DNA of 64,000 nt, taken from Octopus vulgaris (Eukaryota). The stretch is from assembly GCA_951406725.2 (NCBI GenBank), contig OX597822.1, positions 6,882,001 through 6,946,000 of the forward strand, read 5' to 3'. Both the position numbers and the translations under genes were made by a program. The notes beneath the pieces were generated by a model, which saw nothing but the letters and a program-made list of their open reading frames with translations, ran no database searches and was not told where the DNA came from. The number at the start of each line of letters is the position of its first letter. Within the stretch, counting starts at the first letter, position 1. Shown here piece by piece: positions 54,775-64,000 of this stretch.

Positions 54775-55047
54775 CATACATACATACATACATGTGTGTA
54801 CATGCGTCTATGCTTGTGTGTGTTTGTGTGTGTACGTGTGTGTGTGGGGGGGGGATTCATCTATTGAATCTTAGGAACGTTTTACAAATTTTGAAGGTAA
54901 AACCTTTAAGTTATTGCTGCAATTTGAAATTTAAGAATGAAAAAGCTACGTTCATTTTATACTTTAGTAAATGTGAGTTGGTATATAATCTATAGACCCA
55001 ACAAAAAACCGATATGCAGTAACATCTTGGATACTAGATTTGCAAAC

Positions 55048-55085
<38 letters not shown>

Positions 55086-55944
55086 TGTTTTTCTGTGTGG
55101 AGTGACGGTAGTGTTTGGGTGCTTTTTAGAGCACACATATGAATATGTATGCGTGTGCCTGTGTGGGTGTATGTGTATGTGCATGTGGGGTTGGGGGTTG
55201 GATGTGCGCGTGCGTGCGTGTGTGTGGATCCATGTAAATTAGAACAAAGAATATATAAGCAGGACGATTATTAACATTCAAAATAAAATTTGAAAAAAAA
55301 CTAAAGTTTCTAAGTCAGATTGTATATCTAATCCCTCGGGACGTCTGATCTACAACAAATACAGATTTATCGAGTCATTTCAGTTAATTTTACTATTCCC
55401 GTTCAAAGCGATGTTACTTTATAGTCTGCTGTTATAAAATGTTGAGCAACTGGGCATAAAACATTATACTTTAGATATTTCCGCATCTTAATAAGTGACG
55501 GAATTATAAAGGATTGCGGTGTAGCCCTGCTGTTTTCACATGTATTAACATTGATTCACCACCCGAAACTCCCGTTTCTACATATATCCTGATGATTCTA
55601 CGATTTCAGCATTAGAGATTTAGAATATCAAATAAATTAAAACTCCATTTGTAATTACTTAAACATGTGCTCGAATTGAACGTGGTATGTGTGGAACGTG
55701 ATATATGCTGAATGTCATTAGTGCCATTTAGACAAGAAAATGACGAACTATTCCCCAGATAATGAAAGTTTATGAAAAAGTGCTAGAAATCGCACTTCCA
55801 TACATGTACTGAATAAGGAATTCAAAATACGTACATACATACATACATACAAACATACATGCATATATCTGTACATATAAATAGATACATTCATATCTAT
55901 TACTATATATAAACATTTTCGGAAAACATCTTAAAAACAATACC

Positions 55945-57468
55945 TTTTCCGGACATACATGTATTATCTGATAAAGCCGGAAATATTTACTCTGTGCCGT
56001 TGGATATCTATAATGATCTAATGCTTAAGGAATTAAATGCCAATTACAAATCCGCAATGGACGATATTAACACCATCCATTAAAATCTTCTCTCAAACTT
56101 GAAGCTACAGAACAGAACTCAATCATACATACCGAAAACCCCTCACTGCATCTTAAGGGACCACAATCTAAATTTCCAATCTAAAACTTCTATTCGGCTA
56201 ATTTGCCCAATCTGATTTTGGCAAAGTTAACAAATGCATTATCGTTAGGATTATACTTTTCGTTAAAATAAGGTCAAACCCCCTTTGTGGTGCTCTATCA
56301 GCGATGTAATTACTCCCTCGAAGATAAGCAGCGTATCCATTTTATTCAGTTTGATGTTTCGAACCATTACGCCTCCATATCTCCTATTCTTTTAAAGAAA
56401 GCCTTGATTTTTGCTCGCAGTTTTACGAATATCCCTAGACCACATATTGATATAATCTTGGCAGCCAGAAAGACCATTATTAATTTAATGAGCATAACTG
56501 GTTTAGATCTGAATATACGGGCTACTTTGATATAATTATGGGGTCGGCCGATTCAGCACAGGTGACGGATTTTGTGTGCCTATATTGCCTGTGGCAAATT
56601 AAACGTAGCTTCCCAAATGTGTCTGGAGGTCTTTATAGGGACGATGCACTCCTTACTACCCATGGCCTATCTAAACCGGCGGTAAAAAAGTTTAAAAGAA
56701 ACCGTTAGGAAACTTTTGTCAGATTTTTTCAACCTTAAAACAATTTTTGATTCTAATTCTAATGTAGTTCACTTTCTGAACGTAACATTGGACCTTAGTA
56801 CTGGATTATACTACCCATTCTGAAGACCTAATCAATCGCTGCAATATATTGAACCATCCTAGATTAATTACCAATAGTATCGTTATTGTTCTTTCCATTA
56901 GAATCTCAAATTTATCCTACCAATGAGATCTTTAATCAACATGCCTCATTTAACAATAATGCCTTGAAACTAAGTGGTTTTAATGATCAAATTTCTTACA
57001 TATCTAACACAAAAGTTAAAAGAACATTAGCAAATATATCTCCTAACTTTATCCCCTAAAACTATCAGCGCAAACCCTGTATTAACAAACATAGATATAA
57101 ATGAGCCATATGGTAATCATATCATACCTCATGGAAAACAATCTAATAATAAATATAATAGTCAGGCTTGCACCCCCTTTTATTCTCATAGCGTTAAGAA
57201 CTTGCTTAAGGTGTTTTTCAAGATGTTGAAGGCTAATTTTCCAATGCACCACAAGTATTACTCAATTTGTAATAGATCTTCGATAAAATTCTCCTACTCT
57301 GCGATGACTAATCTAGGATCTAATATAGCTTCTATAAATTGAAGTAAAATAAAATGTCCATCCAATAAGAACTCTAACGCTAATAACTACCCTAATGTAG
57401 GACCTGGTAATAATAACAAATCTAGAATAATAAATCTAAGTAAATCTAAAATCAATAATGTTAATCGT
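55945..57468 (+). pseudogene. Decayed PLE reverse transcriptase ending in an Asn-rich linker
   Basis: SDKAGNIY; LRDHNLNF..IRLICP; FIQFDVSNHYASIS..LLKKAL; FDIIMGSADSAQVTD; GGLYRDDAL; FLNVTLDL; KFSYS; N-rich tail like that at 11010-11325. Confidence 0.88.
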
Positions 57469-57472
57469 AGTC

Positions 57473-58600
57473 GTTTGATAGGGTTGACCATCAGTACGTG
57501 GTGTCGGTCCTCGAGGCATTCGGCTTGAGTTCGGAATTCCGTACCTGGATCATCGCCATGTTTGGCAACACCGACTCGATCATTCGGGTGAAAGGTTTCC
57601 TCTCGAAGCAGTTCTACATCAAACGCTCGGTTCACCAAGGGGGTTCCCCTTCTCCCCACTTTTGTATGTATTGTCTCTTGAGCCATTACTTCGAAAGCTG
57701 AAGGCACTGAGGGGCAAGGCGATACCTCTTAACAGCGTCGTGAGATGTTGGAATGAGGGTCCGATTAAACTGCTAGGGGTCTGGTTTGGAAAAGATCTCC
57801 ATATAGAGAAGAATTGGAGCGAAGTATGAAGCAGTGTGACCCACCTAATCCAGACCTGGTCTGGGCGGCGGCTATCCCTGAAAGAGAGGGCAGAGGTTGC
57901 CAATGTGTTTATCGCATCGGTGATTATTTACCGCCTCACCGTCGTGCCTTTTCCTGATTCGTGGCTGACCCCGTTGGAACGACTGCTCTTTTGCTTTTTG
58001 TGGAAAGGCAATGGACCATTTTTCAAGCGCTCTCTCTGCTGCCAACAACCGTTAAAGGATGGGCTATGGATGCCGTAGTTGATGATGCACAGACATGCGC
58101 TGAAGCTGAGGCAGAGGCATCTGTTCCTGTACCTGGGTGGTGAATGGGTATGGTCCCGCTCGCTACATTGACGTTTCCCAAGTTCACACGCTTTTATGGT
58201 CTGGAATCCTGGGTTTATCGTAGATCTACGTTAGATACTCGGTACACGGAGTACCGAAAGGCTCTTGTGCTTTTCTATCGCTCGAGATATGCCAGTGGTA
58301 CTGGTCCAACTGCGTCATTCCATAGAAAGTTAATTGAGTCTAAGTGTGATGATACCTTAGGAAGACCCTAGGAATTGGCAATGATCATTTCAAAAGCCCG
58401 TTCCAAAGAATATTCGGGCCCGGGTCTCAGCACAATTTCCAGAAATCCCTGGCCTGGCAATGTTATTGAGGCACCTTACCTGTCCGGGATAAGCTCGCAA
58501 GGCATGGTTGCTCCGCTTCACCGACTTGCCTAAGATGCGTGCAGGATACGGAAACCGTCCTGCATGCGATAGTGCGATGTTCGAGGATGTGTGCGTGTGT
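57473..58600 (+). pseudogene. Tx1/L1-clade LINE ORF2 remnant (RT and C-terminal zinc knuckle)
   Basis: FDRVDHQY..VLEAFGL; RSVHQGGSPSP; IKLLGVWFG; WSGRRLSLKERAEVAN; FQKSLAWQC..LPVRDKL..CLRC..ETVLHAIVRC. Confidence 0.88.
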
Positions 58601-59460
58601 ACTGAATTATGTGATGTATTGAAACTTTCAACCTTAATGATGAATGATGGATGGATAGAAAAATTTATGATCAGTCTGTATCCGTTTACCAGGAACAGGC
58701 AGTCTGCTATAAATTAATAATGATATAGTGACAATTGCAGATAGTCATGGATTTGAAAGAGTCATAAAGAATGATGTATTGCTAATATCCCTTAGAGAAA
58801 GTTTATCTAAGGAAGGACTGATATTGTTAGTACAAGAGCAAGATTTGAATATAGTAAATATGAAGATTCAACCACCTCCACTCATTTTGATGGAAAATCA
58901 TTGTTAAATTGGGGACACTTATTGAAGACGGTCTTCAAGATATTGCTGACAGCGATGCTAATCGTGTAGGTAACATAAATATTACAAGACTTTATATTTA
59001 ACACAATTCCTACCAATAAACTATAAAAAAGATAGTCCGCCATAAACATAAACAATTTTGCGTTGGTTCGTCGTCCTTCAAACAAATGTTGATGATGATG
59101 ATGAATTATAAGATTGAAATTGTCACTCATCCTTGCTCTAACTGTCGTTCCTTCGCGACCTCTTTCACAGTAGTCACAACGTTTGTGGTACGAACGTAAT
59201 TTTGTACGATATTGTGTTGCTTAATTCCTAAAATATTTTCTCTACACATTCTTTATGTATACATAGTGTTCAATGCATTATTCCAATTTGCTCTTTTCAT
59301 GCATAAAAGTGGTTATGTAGTTTGTGATTTTTTTTTTCGGAATAAATCTGCCGAAGTGCATTCTCTGTACGAGTATAAACGAGAAACAAATTCGCGTTGC
59401 AGGAATTCACAACACAACAATATTTTCCTGCGCGTATTGTTTCCCAAACGAGAGTAGTCC

Positions 59461-59764
59461 TATGTATGTATGTATGTATGTATGTATGTATGTATGTATG
59501 TATGTATGTATGTATGTATGTATGTATGTATGTATGTATGTATGTATGCATGTATGTATGTATGTACGTATGTATGTATGTATGTATGTATGTATGTATG
59601 TATGTATGTATGTATGTACGTACGTATGTATGTATGTATGTATGTATGCATGTATGTATGTATGTACGTATGTATGTATGTATGTATGTATGTATGTATG
59701 TATGTATGTATGTATGTATGTATGTATGTATGTATGTACGTACGTACGTATGTATGCATTTATG

Positions 59765-59792
<28 letters not shown>
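59461..59792. repeat. Long (TATG)n tetranucleotide microsatellite with TACG/CATG variants
   Basis: Directly visible; source of the MYVC and HTYI ORFs. Confidence 0.97.
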
Positions 59793-59796
<4 letters not shown>

Positions 59797-60869
59797 ATAT
59801 CTGTCGTATAATGTATGTATGTGTCTGTCTGTATTATCTGTCTGTCTATCTGTTGTGTTGACGCCCCCAGACGGTGACGTAGATATAGAGGGAGAAGTCT
59901 AGAGGTCGGCAGTGGCGTAGAAGTCATCGGAACGTGCGATAACACAGTGGCGACGAGGATGAGATGCTCACACAGCCACTGTGTAGTATTGCGATATAAC
60001 ACTATCTATGTATATACCTCTCCCTTTCTGAGTATCTACCTACCTACCTACCTACCTACATATATGCATACATACATTCATATCAGCTATTTTGATGCAA
60101 ACATACATACGCCGATATATACGCATACTATGTGCACATGCGTTTCTGAATAAATTATATTTGTATTCCAGCTTCTTGCGTAATCTGAAAACAGATAATT
60201 CTCACTCAAATTACACATTAAGCAACAGGAAATTGATTATATTGGTGAGACTTTTGAATATATCTCTGTAAATAGAGGAGAAAATAGTCGATTAAATGTA
60301 ATATAATGAAAAATCATATAGAGATATTTACATATACACACGCATACACACAACTGCAAAAATACACACGGACACAAAAGAGTGGGAGATTTCAATTAAA
60401 TCACTTGTGTATATATTCACACATGTATCAAAGTAACACAGGCAATATCAGCATCGTCACCATTATTACAACCGCTAAACAAGATTGTGATGAAGTGATG
60501 AAACAATGAAAATAAGCTTTATAGTCGCTGCAAAACTTCGACTACTGACAGTAGAAATTATGCTCAGACATTTTAGTAACCATGCAGCTAACACAAAATC
60601 CTTTTCTTGTTTTTAAAGTATCAGCCTTTAATTGAATATATTCTGTTACAAACACCCGTACTACGCCCCTAAACGTTTCATACATACTGAGCTTTCACTC
60701 CCGGTTATACGGTTGTGTATGAACACGTGTCTGTGTGTATGAATGGACATATGCTTCAGTACATACATAGATACATACATACATACATACATACATACAT
60801 ACATACATACATACATACATACATACATACATACATACATACATACAAATAGACACCGGGAATATTTTA

Positions 60870-62700
60870 CCCTCACAGAAGCTGTTGGTGATCCTCAGAG
60901 GTTTTGGAAGCTCTTCTAAATCCATTGCAATGCTAGAAACACTTCCATATTATCAGCAGGTATCTGAGTGTCACAAGCATTTCGCATCTTAGCCTGCGCA
61001 CTTCAACTGAGTGGCGCAGCCTAGACTGAGTTGGTCTTCACCAACGCAAGAGTTCCACTTGTGGGCTCTTATAAACCATTGCCAGCTTCGCCGAGTTTCA
61101 GCTGCCATACCAATTTCCTTGATGACTTTTTGCAGGTGTACGGGTTCCAGACATATCTTGTGCAGGAAATAGCGCACTGACCACGATGGAAATTCACCTC
61201 CACCCGGTGACTCTCGTCAGGTGAATAATGGATTCTTTGCACTATCGAACTCTGTCTTACCCATAAAAATCATTGTTTTTTCATCTCTTGGTGGGATAAT
61301 TGCCAAGTCCGAAGGCGTCATTGGCATACGAGTCCAACAATATCCTGCTGTTACAAATATGATTCTCGTTCCTTCACAGCTTCGTTGGATATCCATTGTA
61401 TGCTACAGTCTTGGTGGTCATGCTGGCGTGTCTGATTTCTGATTCTCAGATAGACTTAATGTGGTGATTTCTCTTGCCCTGGTGGTTTTGAATACCACTG
61501 ATGAAACTAGTAGCCAATGCTTGCCGTAAAAATTTACTGAACTGAAATTTGGTTGAATGCAAAGCCACCTTCACGCAATCTTTCCATTGGTTCTACCCGA
61601 GTCATGGAAAAATTGCAAAGGAAAAGCACACATTGCACTCTGTGTATGATGCAATACTGTAAACACTTTACTTTGAACCCTCCAAATAATAGCTTTTATC
61701 AATGGCGCTTAGTTAGTTGTCTAGTTGGGTTTAGGTGCTTTTAGCACTGTCAATCTACTTAAGGGTATGATTGTGACTTTTCCAAAGGGAGTGAACTCCC
61801 TTTTCTTGGATTGTCGGAATTCCAGAGCCCTGAAACTTGAAGGCATCTATTGTCAGCTTTTCTTTAAGGGTAATCAGGCTCCGAGATTTGACTGGATTGA
61901 CGTCAAGCATGAATATGTGGTCATCTTTCCATCGAGCTAAATATCTGCCCTGTCCTTTCGATTCAAATTCTCATAGCCGTTACTTCGTCCATGAACGTTT
62001 CGTAAACTAATCACCTGTGTTTCGGTCAGTTTCTGGACTTCTCGACTGCTTCCCTCCGACTTCTACCATTGTGTTCAGGGAAACTGCGCGCTGCCATTAA
62101 GCTTTATTTTCCAATCACTGACTTAGTGAGGTTTCCCACGGTGAACCAAATTCTCAGTGAATCCCAAGTGGTACGTTGTGGTACCTCAATGCACTTTGGA
62201 AAAGCTGGTGAGGTACGCTTGGTTACGCTTTGACAAGACTCAACCATATAATGTAGAGTGAGTTCTTGTTCATCCTTGCTTCCTTAATGACATAACTGAT
62301 CACTGATGTGTGCTCAAGGCATCCAGAGTAGCCTGTAGTTCCTCCTTTCTGGCCACTCATGTTGATGTACTCGTTCACAAAGATATATGATGTTACCCTT
62401 TGGTATGTATGGCCAAAACATCTTCCCCTCAACGTTCGACAGAAAGATCTCACGAAACTGATCAAGTCCAGTTCAGTGTTCTTCTTTTGGAAGAAACAGT
62501 CCTGGGTGAGTTTCCAGAACCAAGGTTCTTGCTTCCTCTTCTTCCAGATCAGATGTAAATGCCTCCGTAAATGTAATGGGAAAAATTTTGTGAATTCTAC
62601 CCGCGCTATTACAAGTCTCTCGAGCAGAACCTGCACATGCTTTTGCAAAGCCTGCTCTGACTTTGTCGAAAGTAATCTCATACTGCATAACCTGCCTTAA
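60870..62700 (-). pseudogene. Decayed RLE-type non-LTR retrotransposon, HERO-like (inference)
   Basis: YINMSGQKGGTTGYSGCLEHTSVI..IKEAR...LYIIWLSLVKA; QQDIVG; C-terminal SVRYFL...KEIGMAAE..SWQWFIR. Confidence 0.8.
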
Positions 62701-62958
62701 CGGCAAAGACAATTATATTAGCGAAATCAATAATTCTATTTGACAATGTGCAAAGATCGACAGACACATCAGACAAAAAGAATTACACAAGCTTCCGCCG
62801 AATAAGCATCTGGTAGAGTCAGCAAATTCAAGATCTTTATCTCTACAAATTTACAATGAATGACCCACAATACTGAAAGCTATTTCAATTACATTTGATT
62901 AAGAAATTCTTACCTAAACTGAACGTGTAAAAAATACACGAACGCACACATATATACA

Positions 62959-62993
<35 letters not shown>

Positions 62994-63539
62994 ACGCACA
63001 TTAATAACTGGCCTTCCGAAACAAATTTGATAGAATCGATTTTCTACAGCTATATAATATTACAACTTCCAGAAAAAAAGCCTTTTTCACAGCTATGTAG
63101 CTGTAAAAAGGGTGCTAACACTTGAATGCTCCACTTACTGGACACTGGCAGACTTAAGTGGTTATCAAGAGAGAATGAATTCCATTTCGGGGACTCCCTT
63201 TCGTCGGCTTATTGTGCACCGGCACCTCACTGAAATGAATTCCCACTTGTTAGGCCAACTGGCTACTAGGTTTCACACTATAAGATTCTAGCCATTCTTC
63301 ATCGTGCCTTTTTGATCAAATACAGTGGTTTGCATTCTCTACTCTAGTTTGGATATCGCTCATGACTTTATTTCTTTGCGTTGAGTTAAACTATACGACA
63401 ACAACCATCACCTCATGCTGCTTCCTGTATATCGAATGGATAATGTTGAAATTTCCAACTTGCGCTTTCACATTCCGCGAGGAGATATTGATGACGACTG
63501 ATCTTTCGAGCCAAACCGGTGAGAAAATTTCTCTTCAAA

Positions 63540-63668
63540 GATAATATTGTCACAGTGCAATCGGACATGTGCCTCCAGAATCGGCCTTATTCAGCCAACG
63601 CCATAAAGACAACACCTAAAGATCCGAGACGACGTCGTCATCTGTCAGGATGGACTGCCTTAAGCAAG
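63540..63668 (+). mobile_element. RTE-type LINE 3' end
   Basis: C..CNRTCASRIGL.SQRH C2H2-like terminal motif, followed by the short tail GTCATCTGTCAGGATGGACTGCC. Confidence 0.6.
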
Positions 63669-63693
63669 TATGTACATATATGTATGTATATAA

Positions 63694-63749
<56 letters not shown>

Positions 63750-63754
<5 letters not shown>

Positions 63755-63901
63755 TTTGCCTTTTTTTTTCCGTGTCCCTTTCTGTAGAAGAGCGTAGGCA
63801 CGAAACGTAAAATACATTTTCTATTCCTGAGCCTTATACTAATACATCTGTTTGTCTTGTGCACCGCCTGTCTTCGTCTTTTGTGTTTTTTCGTAAACTC
63901 T

Positions 63902-63905
<4 letters not shown>
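63750..63905 (+). mobile_element. PLE terminal fragment, family H3, in (TA)n with hammerhead-like motif (63779-63812)
   Basis: ttt-CTGTAGA-A-GAGC-gtag-GCAC-GAAA-CG-TA-aaa; homologous to the reverse complement of 12430-12618. Confidence 0.72.
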
Positions 63906-63972
<67 letters not shown>

Positions 63973-64000
63973 AGAGGGAGGCGAAAATCGGCCCCGAAGG

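Overview
AT-rich, microsatellite-saturated animal DNA. The SINE families and repeat landscape point to a cephalopod, probably Octopus (inference). I find no intact host protein-coding gene, and most ORF-track entries are translations of (TA)n, (CA)n or (TACA)n tracts. The window is a transposon graveyard. It holds several Penelope-like element (PLE) RT/GIY-YIG fragments, a Tc1 transposase remnant, mariner ends, Helitron pieces, Tx1/L1-, HERO- and RTE-type LINE fragments, at least four tRNA-derived SINE families, a 28S rRNA fragment and a 100-N gap. The most interesting signal is a recurring PLE-terminal system. About a dozen type I hammerhead-ribozyme-like motifs occur, many with an unusually long (50-77 nt) stem II whose fold is kept while its sequence changes. 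Several sit in asymmetric head-to-head fold-back insertions, mostly inside (TA)n tracts, with arms from 18 bp to about 1.07 kb. All identifications are by eye; no searches or folding programs were run.
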